Positions 11,420-24,449 are shown, numbered from the stretch's first letter. The stretch is DNA of 64,000 nucleotides from Phyllosticta citribraziliensis (GCF_038025025.1 NW_027117338.1:1116001-1180000), one strand, 5' to 3'. Made by a program: numbers and translations. Notes: a model not told the origin generated them from the sequence alone.

Positions 11420-13589
11420 GATGCGTGGTGGTGGCTTTGTGTTGGTTAGGTGGACCTTTGGAGGTTTCGGCTTGTGAGAGAGGATTAGAGATAGGCCAGT
11501 GAAGCATCTGACGAGCACTTAGCGATCGGTTCTTGAGAGATTGATGGGGAGGAATAATTGTGGGACGAGTGGCGCAAGGTATTAGTTTAACGTGGTTGGG
11601 AACCTGCACTATGTGGCTGGGTGATCGGTTGGTACGGGAAGTTGGGAACTGGAGGGAAGGTACACGGACGACGACGTAGACGCGAGGAACGTGGACCTTC
11701 AATGAGCTACCTACATGTAAGTCCGGAGGCACTCTAGGTCCGTCTCCCAGTTCGTCCAGTCGGGTCTTGCTAAAGATTTGCTAAAGCTGCACAGAAGCTC
11801 AGAACTCGAGACAGTCGGACGAAGGTAGGTCTCACGGCTGTGAAGGGTGGGATGAAGATGAAACGGCTGAGATTTAGGTTTGAGCGGGGTGGCCCGTCAA
11901 ATACGTGAGGTTGAGAAATCTTATCGTAGGAGGAAAATGGAAAGGAAAAAAGTATAGAGTACGGTCACCCTGTCCCTGTTGAGAATCCCCTGCCACCTTT
12001 TTTTCGGGCCGGCTTTTGGTTGGTTGAACTTCTCAAGACCATGACACAGAGACTTCTGTTGGTCTTGAAGGTTGTCGCGATGAATCTCTTTTTGGTCCTT
12101 GCAGCACCGTCCGGCGGTTCCGCCTGGAAACTATCTTGAGGGGGTTATGGAAACGCCGTGTGAAGCACTTTGGGACGCGTGAGGCTACTCAGCACAAGTA
12201 AATTTCTCACTGGACAGGCAAGAATGTATTGAAGTCCATCCATAGCAGTTCTGTTTCTACGTTTTCCCCTAAATTCCGTCTCTTGTCTGTAATAACTTGC
12301 GTGGGGACACGGCCGTGGCTGCTGCAGCGTCCATGCCGTTCCAGCCTGTCTTTGGACCGCAATGAGATGAGATGGAGGAAGAACAAGGGTCGAGTAGAAA
12401 TGTTTGCAGAGGTTGCTGGACTATCCTCTGCTTATGGCACGTGCTGGACGATGGTGTTGATGGGTCCATGAAAAGTTACGTGGACAAAGTAGGCTTTGAG
12501 GCCCGGCCCGGCGCACGTCCTGTGGCTTTCTCAAGGCGGAGAGAACAAGGAACTGACCAACTGATTACACTGGTTATGAAGGGAACACTGAGTGGATATT
12601 GAACATGAAAGAGACCTCATTGAATGCAGCTGGTCGGAAGTTGGCTGTTGCAGGGATGCGCAAGAGCCCACGCTGCGAAATGACAAGAATTCACGGACAG
12701 TGGAAGGTGGAGTGTAGGAAGTGCTGACGCTCGGTACAGTGGCCGCGTAACGTACTCGAAGCGTTTTTCAAAGAGCTAGATCTGGGCCAGCAAAGGATTT
12801 TGGTGGGTAGATAGACTGGTCTCAGGAAAGAAGGTGGGAGAAGCAGGACGCATGACATGGGACCCACCGGAAGCAACGTGCATTTGCTGCGGGGCGGAAG
12901 TGATGATGTGAGGAGCTGCGCCAGGAGTGCAGGAGGTTGCTCAGATGCAGACCATGCTTGAGCCAGAACCAATCTGTCTGGATAGTGGCGATCTGGTGAG
13001 CTGCAAGTGATGAGGTTGGCTTGTCTTGTGTTTTGGTCTTGGTGATTGGTCCGTTCCTTTGGCTGGCGGCTTCGGCAGGGCGCGGCAAGCGTGGGCCGGT
13101 CGGATATCTGCATGGTTGACAGCTAACGGCGTCGCTGGGCAGAGATTGACACGGCTGGGGCGGATTACTCGATGGATTCGGGCTTGGTTGAGGTGTTAGG
13201 TTGGGTGTCGTGCCTAGTGCCATCCGCTTGAGCGCTTGCTTATTTCTGCCTCGTTCTGATTGGCCACATTCCACCCTCCGCCGCGTTGTTCGTCGACTCT
13301 TTGCCAGCTGCGGCTTCCTCCAATTTGTGTATTTGTTGTGTGCCTCGTCCATCATTCTCCGTTTGCTCGCCACCTGGAATTATCTCGACATACCGTTGTC
13401 TTGTTCGTTGTTGTCTTGCATTATTCCGAGCGCGCCACCATCGACCAGCACCCTACCGTACTAATCGCGGCTCGCCTTCTGAATCCGAACGAACCTGTCT
13501 GTCTCGCCACTCGTCGTCAACCCGCTCGATTTCCCTACAAAAAGCAAAGACTCCGAGTTCCTCCCAAAAGCAATTGCCTACTCTTCAAA

Positions 13590-14609
13590 ATGTCGTCACA
13601 ACCACTGTTGCCCAAGTATCCGAATCAACTACCCGCCTCCGAGGCGCCTCAGCACCCCGAGAAACATTCAGGCAACAGTGAAGTCATTCGCGACACCATC
13701 ATCGGCTTTGCTGATGGACTGACTGTGCCGTTTGCGCTGACAGCGGGCCTGTCGTCGTAAGTGTTCCTGTTCATTCCGCGCAACAGATCGAAGACAAACA
13801 AGCGCAGCGCCCGCCCTCTGCCCAGCCTCTTCTGACCAAAGAACGCCCTCTTGGCGAAAATCAACATCCGCATAACTGACAACTCGAAGCATTGGATCAA
13901 CGCGCTTGGTCATTCTGGGCGGCCTTGCGGAGCTCTTCTCTGGTGCAATCAGTATGGGCCTCGGCGCCTACCTTGCTGCTGTGACTGAGAGCAAGACGTA
14001 TGAAGTTGAGGAGGCACGTGAACGTCACGAGGTTACTCATATGCCCAATGCTGAAGAGGAGGAGATTTACGAGATTTTTGAAGAGTACAACCTGTCCAGG
14101 GAAACAGTCAAGCCTGTCGTCGAAGCGCTGAAGACCGACCACGATATGTGGGTCAAGGTAAACTTTCTGTCCAAAGAAGAAGAACGGAGACGTCTCCAGA
14201 GGATTTTTGCTGAGCCGATTTTGCAGTTCATGATGGATTTTGAACTCAAGCTGGAAAAGCCTGCCCTCAATCGTGCTTGGATTTCAGCCTTGGTCATGGG
14301 TATTTCCTACTTCCTTGGTGAGTACTGAGCCCAATTTTCGATGCACCGTGCTAACTCCATTCAGGTGGACTCGTACCAATGCTGCCATATTTCTTCCTTT
14401 CCAAGATAAAGGATGCCCTTTTCACCTCCATCGCCATCACAGTCGTTGTGCTGCTAATCTTTGGTTACGTCAAGGCAAGCGCGACAGGCTGCACTAGAAA
14501 GACTTGTCTCTCCAGTGCTGTCCAGACTCTGGTCGTGGGAGCTTTGGCTGCAGCGACGAGCTACGCCATTGTGAGAGGCGTCGACTCTCTAAAACCAGGC
14601 AGTTATTAA
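13590..14609 (+). CDS. CCC1: Vacuolar iron/manganese transporter, VIT1/CCC1 family
   Basis: Exons 13590-13756, 13890-14157, 14227-14317, 14365-14609. Motifs IRDTIIGFADGLTVPFALTAGLSS, GGLAELFSGAISMGLGAYLA, FMMDFEL, YFLGGLVPMLPY. Confidence 0.95.
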
Positions 14610-15492
14610 AAGGCTCCCTTGGATTGCACAAGTACAATGCTTTTCCAGTTTGTTAATGTTTGCTTGCATTTTTGCAAATCAGTGGCTTGGGAGCATACAT
14701 AGGACTGGGCTGGGACAAGGGAAGGTCCGTAAGCACAAGAAGATACCCCCAGGCCGAATTCGATTTTCTGGCCACCCAACTTTAGGAACAAATGACACGA
14801 GAAAAATCAGCATTCACTGTACAATTGGCGTACGGTTGCCGGCGCCACAGTCCCGACACTGGCGTAAGCGGTGAGGTGGTCCCCACAAGGCTGTTTCCGG
14901 GCGAGCCGCGTTTGCTTCTTCGATTCCCTTCGCCGACCTATCCACTCAATTCTTCGGATGTCGTGAACACTTGCCTTCCGCCAGCGCTCGGGTACGGCCG
15001 CTTCTTTCCGGGCGCCTGGAACGATCTTCAGCTCCTTTCGTCGAGACCAAAGACGGATTGATTCGTGGCATCGCATCTTAGGCGGACTGGTCAAGATGTA
15101 TCGACCAATCGCTCAGTTGGAGCATTCTTTTGCCTTGTTCCTGCGCGACCACGGACATAATGGTTGCACAGCGATCTGAGTGGTGAGATGGGTGAGCACG
15201 CGACATCAGCAGCGGCATTCCCGGCTTCCGATGCCATTGATCTAAAGCACATATTTCTTTTCTGCATATGCTCGTCTCTGGCCTCGCATCTTGGCCTGTC
15301 CGCTCATGGAGTACCTTTGGGAGGACTCCTTCGTTCCTGTCTGCGCGTGCCTTGTGCCTGCCTTCGTTGTCCTCTGTACACTTCTACAAGTCAGCCAGTC
15401 TAACAGCGACTTTCTTTTTCATTCTCCTTCTTTCCCTCTTTCTTCGCTCGCCTACTGGTTCATACACCAACTTTCGTGGTTTGTCTGGCGTC

Positions 15493-16709
15493 ATGAGTGC
15501 GCTCAAAAATGTTGTCGAGCCGGGAGGTGCGCCAACACCAACACGCACTTCAAGACTGCAGTTTGATACTGACATTCTCAGTGATTATCCTTGCCTTTAC
15601 AGTTGGCGCTCTCATCAACAGACGACGCAGCACATCCCAAGACGACCCCGAGGCCTACGCCCCATTGCTAGCTCCTGCTAATAGACTGAGCCTGACCTCG
15701 TCGTCAGGGTGTCATGATTCCGCGCGTTTTCGTGACAATTGGACGTCGCGGTTCTTGGCCAAGTTTCCTTTCCTCATGGAGATCTGGTACTGGAATTTGA
15801 GCTACTGGTGCATGAGCTCCCAGCCTCAGGCGTTGAGAATGTGCTAAATAACATAGGACATACCAACTTGCGCGTGCGCTCACTGCGACCTTGATCCGCC
15901 ACGACACAGCCGTCTTTTCCACTGCGCGCCGTCATGCGCTCTCTGTCTTCTCCCTCGAGCAGCGGCTTGGCTTTGCCGTTGAGCTCCCACTCCAGCGCCT
16001 CGTGCTTGGATACACTCCCAGCCTCATGGACCTCTTTGCCACAATCTACTACTCCCACATCATCGTGGGAGTTGCGTTCCTTGTATACATCTATACCTAC
16101 CTTCCAACGTACATCTTCCGGCGAATCCGCCGCACGATCGCGACGAACAACCTCATCGCTTTTTGCATTCTCACTGCCTACCGCTGCGCGCCTCCGCGGC
16201 TGTTACCGCCCGAATACGGCTTCGTCGATGTGCTGCACGGCGGCTCTCGACCCTCCGATGCCAGATCCAGCTCCACCTCTGGCTCCGCGTGGACGCACAA
16301 CCGGTTCCAGCTGACCATCGCCGCTATGCCCTCCCTCCACTTTGGCACCGCCCTCTTTCTCTGCGTCTGCTTGTCGCGGTTCTCACCCCACCGCGTACTT
16401 CGCATTCTCGCGCCGATGTGGCCGGCTGCGATGCTGATTACAATTTTGGCGACGGCGAACCACTTCGTGCTCGATGCATTGGTTGGTGCGGCTGTACCAG
16501 TGCTTGGCTGGCGATTGAATCGTCTGTGGTTGGTTTTGGAGCCTCTGGAGGATTGGGCTTTCTGGATGCTGCGGACGGAAAAGCCAAAACCAGCTGGTGC
16601 CATTACAGCCCGGGGGACAAGCTGGGCTCGGACTCCTACTCTGGACCAAAGCCGTGCTGGCAGTCCAGAATCGGCTCTGGGAAACAAGAGGACAGAGTTA
16701 CTTGAATGA
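15493..16709 (+). CDS. PAP2-superfamily (AUR1/IPC-synthase-like, PAP2_3) integral membrane protein
   Basis: Exons 15493-15526, 15582-15807, 15857-16709. Motifs APPRLLP..GFVD, AAMPSLHFG and ATANHFVLDALVG. Confidence 0.85.
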
Positions 16710-17829
16710 GTTTGGGAGTGCGTGGATCCATTAGGAAGAGTCGGGTGCTCCCTTTACAAAATTCTGACACAGGATGGGCGCGAAGACGCTACGAGAGGAA
16801 ATTGACATTTCTAGTATTCCAGAAACCTTACCAGCAAAATACCATCATCGCCATTTTCTCGGCTACGAATGTGACGAGATCTCTTGGAGGAGCTGTGTCA
16901 TAGCGGTCTCTTTTCGTCTCCCCGATGATGCGTCGCCCAAGTCATTCTCTTGTGATTCGCAACGTTTGAGAAAACAGTGACTGGACGATCAAGGCAAGAC
17001 GACCTGCGCAATGTTGAGCGACTCCTTCTCCTGGGAGCTGAGAGTTTATGCCCGGGAGACAGACATCGGAAAGATCATACGGCAGTATGTGCTCGTCTGT
17101 ACCAAAAAAAGCCCCTTGCCGTTGGGGGCCAAAAGCTGTGCATCCCAATGGCCTGATGCGCATTTAAGCATCTGACAAGCAAGACGGCGGAACGACTTGT
17201 TTCGACCTGCGTCCACTTGCAATTGCAAGGTTTCGCGCAGACGGCGGTAGGCAGCGATGCGCCATGGGAGCGTTCCTCCATCACCGAGGCAATCATCGCA
17301 AAGGACTTCTCGTGGCTTTGCGGATCCTTTGTTAGTGTGGATCAGCCCAGGAAAAACGACGGGGCCAGTGCACAACCTCTGCCTCTTCCATCATGTTGAG
17401 GTCGTCGGGACAGCTTTTCTGGAGCAAATACAGTCACGTAGAGGGATATTCGCCGACACTGGTTCTGGCGCTGCTGTACTACCCGAGTTGAGGGTTTGGT
17501 TTGAGGAGACAAGGTGAGCGAGCCGACCGACCAGCAGAACAGGCGCAGCACAGACCAGTCGCCGACTTTGGACCCCAAAATCATCCACACAGCTCCCACT
17601 TTCCACCGCCACCATGCTCCTCTATAGGCTAGACCTTGGCCCCCTGTAGCACCATGCAGCTGGTCAGCACAGGGCCAAAACGGCCCCAGCGGCCATACTT
17701 TAGCCCAGAGCGAGTCGCAGCCTTGTTTGCAAATCTTCCTTTTCCATGGCGATTCTCCTGACTCCATAATATCACCGGGGGCCCCTTCGCGTCCCGTAAA
17801 CTGCAAACACGAGGCCAATTGGCGCCACC

Positions 17830-19732
17830 ATGGGTGTCTCTGTCGTTCTAACGCTTGTCTCACTACTGACTCTCACCCATCTGGCAAATTCAGCGCCTTC
17901 GCCCATATCATTGGAGCCCAGTCAGTACTGGTACGTCTTTCCGTGTGTTTCGAGTCAACCGCCTCTGACATTGCAGCAGGGACGGCAATGATGGTCCATG
18001 GTCGTCATTTCAATTCGCAGTCGGCACTCCGGCGCAAAGCCTGAGGCTCCTTCCAGCTACTGGACAATCAGGGACATGGCCAATCGTCCAAGATGGCTGT
18101 TCGAGTTCGCTCACCAACTTGTCCTACTCGGCCTGTGAGGATGACCGCGGAGGAAAGCTCTTTTTGGCCAATGAATCGACCTCTTGGAACCTTACTGGCA
18201 CCTATTACCTGACGACCCTCTATGTCGAGCCGATGCTGGGAGTAGGCATAGATGCAAGAGCGAGGTTTGGCACCGACAGACTGCGCTTGAGCTGGCCTCA
18301 GAATGGACTTGCCACGCTGAACAAGTCGGTCATTGGTGGAATCGCCGCGACCGACTTTTGGATTGGAACTTTTGGTCTTGCCCCGTACGACCAGTTCTTT
18401 GAGAACTTCAACAACGACGCAAAGTCCACCTTGACCGACCTTTACGACGAGGCACTCATCCCCAGCCGATCCTGGGCCTACACCGCTGGCGCATATAATC
18501 ATGAGCCAAGTACTTACGGTAGCCTTACCATTGGAGGATACGACACAACGCGATACGAGTCGAACAACATATGGATAGGCATGGGAGATGACATATCGCG
18601 TGATCTCCTGGTGGCTGTCCAAAGGGTAGAGACGAACCTTACAAGCACGCCTCTTCTGAACAGCGCCAACTTCTGGTTCATCGACTCTCTCGTGGCGTCC
18701 ATGTGGTTCCCCGAGTCCGTGTGCGACGCCTTTGCAGACGCGTACGGTCTGCAGTGGGACAGCGAAAACTCCATCTACCTCATCAACGACACGCAGCACG
18801 AGACGCTGCTTACGCAGAACCCCACCTTGACTTTTACGCTCGCCGCGACGCAGACCAGCAATGCGACGATTGAAATCACCATTCCATACGTCAACCTCGC
18901 CCTCAACGCCAGCTACCCCTTCTACCCCAACTCAACTCGCTACTTTCCACTCAACCGCGCCGCCAATACGACATCATATACACTGGGCCGCGCATTCCTC
19001 CAAAACGCTCACGTCATCGCCAACTATGACAACTCGTCCTTTAACGTTGCTCCGGCTCTGTTCCCCAACAACGGTGCCGCGACCAACGTACTCTCCATCA
19101 CAAACGCCACAACCACCGCGCAGGACAGCGGCTCTTCGGGCCTCAGCACCGGCGCCAAAGCCGGCATCGCCGTTGGAGTCGTCGCTTTTGCCCTCATTGT
19201 CGCCGGCATCTTGGGCTGGTTCCTGTACCGCCGCCGCAAGCAGCAACGCCTCGAGCGCGAAGCTCAAGCCGCGGCCAAGGCCAAGGAGGTGGAAGAGGCC
19301 GAGGCCGCCGCCGCCGCAGCAGCAGCGGCTGAAGCTGAGGCGGAGAAGAAGCGCGGAGGAGAGTTGGACGCTGCGGATAATTCGCGCTACGAGGTGCAGG
19401 GCGACAACGACCACGGCAAGGCCGAGATGGGGGCAGGGGGCGACGGTGAAAAGAGGGCGGAGATGGCGGCCGGAGAAGATGGCGAGAAGAGGGCAGAGCT
19501 GTTCGCGCCGAACAACGCCGTCTTTGAGATGGCCGCCGAGCCGGTGGATTTGCCGCTGCTAGAGACGCCAGAGCACGGCAACTCCAGGGCAGAGCTTGAG
19601 GAAGATGTGCAGGGCATGAGGAGGGACGTTCGGACTCCGAGTCAGATTGAAAGGGACAGGGTGAGTGCCAACGAGAAGTGCAGCTTGTTGTGAATGTGTT
19701 TTCTAATCTGTTTTCAGGCGGGTCGCATTTGA
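17830..19732 (+). CDS. Secreted-pathway pepsin-like (A1) aspartic peptidase homologue with a single TM helix and a cytoplasmic tail
   Basis: Exons 17830-17930, 17980-19660, 19718-19732. Signal peptide MGVSVVLTLVSLLTL; WDGNDGPWSSF; GTPAQ; GSLTIGGYD; TLGRAFLQ; TM GIAVGVVAFALIVAGILGWFLY followed by RRRK. Confidence 0.85.
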
Positions 19733-20433
19733 GAGCGTTTTTGGAAGAAGCACTTCTTTTCAGCGTCGTTTGTCTGCCGTTCGGCGCAGCTTTGATATCG
19801 AGATACCACTAAAGTTCTAGTCAGAGTCGGGTCCTGAAGCTGCTTGCCCCGAGCCTGTTATCAGCCTGGCGCATGACTGCATTTGCATCAAACTCCAGTA
19901 ATGATTCGGGCAGATAATTGAAAGAGATCGGACGTTTGTCGCCATTTGCTTAGCGCTCGAAACTCGCCTGTGCATCGCCTGTTTTCAACAATTTGGAAAG
20001 AATGGAGCATATCATGACTTTCTTTGTCGTGCTCCGTTGTCTTACCCACCCCCCGTTTGCAGCGTCGCTGTGTGGGCTTGTCGTTGTTCTTTGTCTCTCG
20101 ACGAGCATCATCAACCCCAACCCGCCCAACCACACCGTCCACTACTCATCTTCCAGATTTGAAAGTGGAATAAGCTGAAACTCCGCCATTGCAATTGACA
20201 GGATCTAGACTCGCTCATCTCAATCCTTATAACCGATCGCAGTCGCTGTTTTACACGCATCCAATATGCCGGACACTGCAGTAATGGCCATGTCGTCAGT
20301 ATACCCTTCCGCCCTGCCCCTCAAAAAAAACACAGGCATTCGCATTGTGGATGGATGACTGAAAAATAACTTGCAACTTCCCAGGTCCCCCGACGATCCG
20401 TTCCACACGCGCACGCGCATCACAGACTCTCTG

Positions 20434-21726
20434 ATGCGCCACACTCACGATCGGTCTCGCTTGCACGTCCATTTCGATGCCATATCGCCGCTCGGAACAG
20501 AGTACCCCAAGACGCCGCTGTTCGCCATGGCTGCCGGACGTGATTTTGGCGCCGCTTCGTCGTGGCCCTTTGGCCGAGCGGTCATGGGCCTCCAGGACGA
20601 AGCTCCCCTGCTGCAGGCGGGTCCCAGTGCGCTCAAGACGCCGCCGATCAAGAAGGAGCCCATGAAGGAGCTTGAAAAGCTTGGCATGGTGGCCAATTGC
20701 AAGAAGCCCTACTCGCCCGAGGAGGAATTGAATGACAGGCTGCGTCGTGCTGCCGCTTTCCTTGGTGATCAAGACAACGTCAACGTTTTCGACTTTGAGG
20801 AACGCCTTAACGAAATCGAGTCTCTGTTGGAGAATGCTTCGCGAGAAGAACAAGTGGATCGACACCTGGTCGACCGCGTCATGGCCATGGTTGCAACGGC
20901 CAGGGGGCGAGTGGGCCAAGAAGACGCCATGCAGCTTGATGAGGGTTCGGATCAAGATCAAGAAGGGCAGGATGCACACGAGAATGCAGAATTCACCTTG
21001 CCAATCAGGATCAGCGTCGATAATCTTCACACTGCGCCGAGGGAGACCACAGCCGGAGGTTCAAAAGGAGGCAAAGCTCCACATCGTGGAAGTAGTGGTG
21101 GAAGCCACGGCGGAGGTTCATCCGGTGGAACTGGCAGATCTGGCCCAGGACATTCTGGTGGTTTTGCTGGGGGCAGTGGCGGGACCGGTGGAGATGATGG
21201 TAACGATGGCAATGGGAGCCGTCCACAACCCGATTCTCTCCACAAGGCTGACGGAGGTGACGATGAAGGCGGCGAAGATGAAGATGAGGATGGCGAGGAG
21301 GAAGATGCCCGGCACGCCATTGTCCTCGGCTCTCAGCGCGAAGCACCATGGGACGAGAATTGGTATGCGGACCAACGTGCCACTTTCGAGGATGGAGAGA
21401 CCATCTTTGCGCACAATTATCTGAGTGCGCAGATGAACCATGATATTTTGCGAAGTATGACTCCGCCCGGCCGGCTCCCATGTAGCAAAGGCTGACCAAC
21501 GCTCTTAGATGAGGAAGGCAAAAGACCGAAGATGCCCGAGGCCCAAACGCTTCGATACAAAAGCGAGTTCAAATTGCCGGATGTCCGAAAGGAAATGGCG
21601 GACAATGATCAGAGGCTGCGCAACGCAGGCACCTGGGCTCTAGATCATCTCCATGCTGACGAAGGAAGCGATCGTGGAAAGGGGGTGATGGATAACTTTC
21701 CATTGCACGGTGACTGTGAACAGTAG
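20434..21726 (+). CDS. Hypothetical protein with Gly-rich and acidic low-complexity segments; start uncertain
   Basis: Long ORF 20371-21495. Intron 21455-21508 (GTATGA..GCTGAC..TAG) joins it in frame to the 21532-21726 ORF. No domain recognised. Confidence 0.5.
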
Positions 21727-21967
21727 ATGGACTCAAGTGTGGGCACGAGACGCTTGTTCGGATATTGGTAGCTGTCTCTAGGAGGCGCCTTGGTAGTCGC
21801 ATGTGAAAGACTTTGGAGATACCAGTAGATGCAAGCCAGTTGGACTGCAGCACATGAGTATCATGCAGCATTCAAGCTGAACAATAATCTCACCAAGAAA
21901 TCCTGTCCCTGAAGACTTCATGATACAGCAACCTCTAGGAGTGTCCTGGAAGCAAGAGAAAACTTTC

Positions 21968-22690
21968 TCACAAGCTCTTGCTCATGATCATGTACGAAGG
22001 GTACTTGATCTTCCCACCCCTGAGCCTCTTGGGAGGCGGGCTGAACTCGTCCTCACTGAAGCCCAACTTGGTGTAAAACGCGAGTGCTGTCGTATTCTTT
22101 CGAAAGCAAGTGAGCATTACCTTTTCTACCTTTCCTTCTTGGGCGCAGCGCTCTACTGCATTCATGAGGTGCCCTCCAAGACCACATCCTCTGTGCGAGT
22201 CATCGAGGTGGATCTCATAAATGTAGACCACGGGATAGTCGTCTTCGATTGTGAACATGAATGAGACGAATCCTGCAAACTCGTCGTCTTTGGGCAATTG
22301 GTGATGGGATTCAGAAAATGACTCCTGGCTCGTGATCTTCGGAGGGTTGTCGCTGTGGACCGAAGAGTCGAGTCTCTTGCGGACAAGCAGGTACTGCATG
22401 TTGTCCTCTTGCATTTCGGCAAGTTTTTGCTTTGAATTCCAACCGCGCTCCGAGGCCTTGTAATCTGCCAGTGATGTTTTCTCAATGAGATCAAAGCAAG
22501 TTTTCATGTCGGCATTGCTCATGTCTCCAACGTCTTTCAGGGTCAAGTCGTAGTCCTTGAAGCAAAGCAAACTGCTGGTGCCAAAGAAGCGGTCGTGGAA
22601 CTCCTCCGGTGAGAGAGCATTGATTCTGTCGATGATCTCTTCATTTTCGATGAGCTTGTTGAATTTTCTCTTGAGGCCTGGAGAAGGCAT
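21968..22690 (-). CDS. NAT4: N-alpha-acetyltransferase 40 (NatD, histone H4/H2A), GNAT family
   Basis: Motifs CFDLIEKTS..DY..S..GW....K..EM, VVYIYEIHL...RGCGLG..LM, KVMLTCF..N..A..FY.KLGF..DEFSP. Likely start MPSPGLKRK at 22690. Confidence 0.9.
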   Translation of the reverse strand: MPSPGLKRKFNKLIENEEIIDRINALSPEEFHDRFFGTSSLLCFKDYDLTLKDVGDMSNADMKTCFDLIEKTSLADYKASERGWNSKQKLAEMQEDNMQYLLVRKRLDSSVHSDNPPKITSQESFSESHHQLPKDDEFAGFVSFMFTIEDDYPVVYIYEIHLDDSHRGCGLGGHLMNAVERCAQEGKVEKVMLTCFRKNTTALAFYTKLGFSEDEFSPPPKRLRGGKIKYPSYMIMSKSL

Positions 22691-22889
22691 GGACTCGACC
22701 GAAGCGTGGACAAAAGAATGGGAGCGCGAGATGTAGATACAAGAGATTGACGCGTCGCGTCGAGGGCAGACGGCCGGGGTTTGGTTGCGCACGGGCTTCC
22801 GATGACGGCAACGACATCCCACGCCGGCGAGATGTGGGGAGCTTCCACCAACGACTTCAACGCCACTCTTCGTCTTCATCACCAGCGCC

Positions 22890-23428
22890 ATGATAACTCG
22901 AAGCTTTAACGCTATAAGGCTCCAGTCTCGTTCCTACGCTTCTGTCTCTTCGAAACTGCCAAAGCCTGGCAAAGGCCCATTTCTCAGCCTCGACCAGGTG
23001 AGCCCGCCTCGCCCGCAACGTTGTCGGTGCAGACCACTAATGTCGTTCAGTTCCTCCAGAGACAACGTGTGATATCTTTCTGGAGAGAAATTGTCAGAGC
23101 TCTGCACAGTCAGCCCAATCCCGTCGCCCTTCTCAAGGAAGCACACGTCTCATTCAATCCAGAAATACCACCTTCGCCGACTCGAGACGAACTGCGCCAG
23201 TATGCCCGCACCGAGTTTGAGAGACACAAACACGTTACGGATCTGGTAAGAAGCGATGGAACGCTCTTGGAACACGTCAGCTAATATGCTTCGAGACACA
23301 CATAAGGTACTTGCTATCGGTAAGCCTTGCCGGGCCCCACCGCCACTGGACCAACGACTGATCGTAACCAGAACGGCAAGACCGAGTTTGATATGATGAA
23401 GCGGTATATCAATGAACAGGCCCGTTGA
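22890..23428 (+). CDS. Mitochondrial LYR-motif protein, LYRM2-like
   Basis: Five exons: 22890-22997, 23051-23108, 23163-23245, 23296-23319, 23372-23428. Arg/Ser-rich presequence, then LSLDQFLQRQRVISFWREIVR...ELRQYARTEFERHK.VTDLTHIRYLLSNGKTEF. Confidence 0.85.
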
Positions 23429-23744
23429 AACTACCTGGAACTTCCACTGCAGAACCAGCCGCCCTGAAGGAAGGGTTCCCCCGAGTCATCACTTCGGCTG
23501 GACCTTTGCCTCTTCGGCCAATCGCACCAACACCTGCTTCTCAGCACCGCGGCAACTTGGCGACTAGACTCTGTCGTGGTTCCTAGGTCTCGGATTCCAC
23601 ACAACGCAACAGGTCAAGGCCCCCCTCCCTCCAGGATGGCCGTAGCTGAAGACATGCTTGAATGGAAGAGCCTCGTACTGCCTATTCATAATTCTTCTCT
23701 CCGAGCCGTTCTTCATCAAAGTCGATTCAGATCAACAACACCAA

Positions 23745-23841
23745 GGTCTTATGGTCTAGTGGTATGATTCTCGCTTAGGGTCCACCCTGAGTAGCTTCTA
23801 CAGCTTGCGAGAGGCCCCGCGTTCGAGTCGCGGTAAGACCC
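23745..23841 (+). tRNA. tRNA-Pro(AGG) with 25-nt intron (23781-23805)
   Basis: Acceptor stem GGTCTTA/TAAGACC; D arm TGGTCTAGTGGTATGAT; anticodon stem CTCGC-TTAGGG..T-GCGAG; T arm CCGCG-TTCGAGT-CGCGG; T-run downstream. Confidence 0.96.
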
Positions 23842-24449
23842 TTGTTTTGCTTCCTGAGACGCTGGAAGAACGGTGTCTTTGAAGAGTCTTCATTTTGCTT
23901 GTCCACAGGCCACGCGGAAGTGGAGAACAGGCCCCAGATGGGCCGTGCGGTGGTTCGATGATCAGGGACCTGCTGGCTTTCTTGGATGAATCTTTTTGAC
24001 AAAGCCAAACTCCTGAGCAACTACACGTACGAGTAAAGGTATGGCGTTCGGCTTTGCTTGCACTGAAAACGATTTAGCTTGCTAACCGGTCTGGTAGGCA
24101 CCACATGGGCCGAAAAGGGCGGGCGGAGCGAGTTCGGAAACATGGACCCCTTTTACAACACACTCCTTGGTACGATTAAGAGAAGCTCAGCGTCGGAAGC
24201 TCCTCTACACAGGTCTTCAATCTCGCCGACGCAAAAGTCACAACAAAGCCTCGGGCCCAAAGACAGACATCAATGTAGTCTCTGCACAGACCAGCCTTGG
24301 CAGTCCTCCTGGCCGAACGCGGCCTGCACCGCTCGGGCCGAGAATCCTAGCTCCCCCACTCAGCGCAAAAAAAATTTGCTTGCGTCCACCAACGCACGAG
24401 CGCACGTCGTCTCATGAGCAGGATCGCACAACGCATGGGCAAAAAGAAC

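Noticed and set aside
12822..13373. 183-aa minus-strand ORF upstream of CCC1
   Set aside because: No motifs or codon bias; lies in the CCC1 promoter/5' UTR.
13000..13589. HapX/CBC bipartite site (CSAAT-N12-RWT) in the CCC1 promoter
   Set aside because: CCAAT boxes are present (13045, 13259, 13320), but the ones I checked lack RWT at the right spacing.
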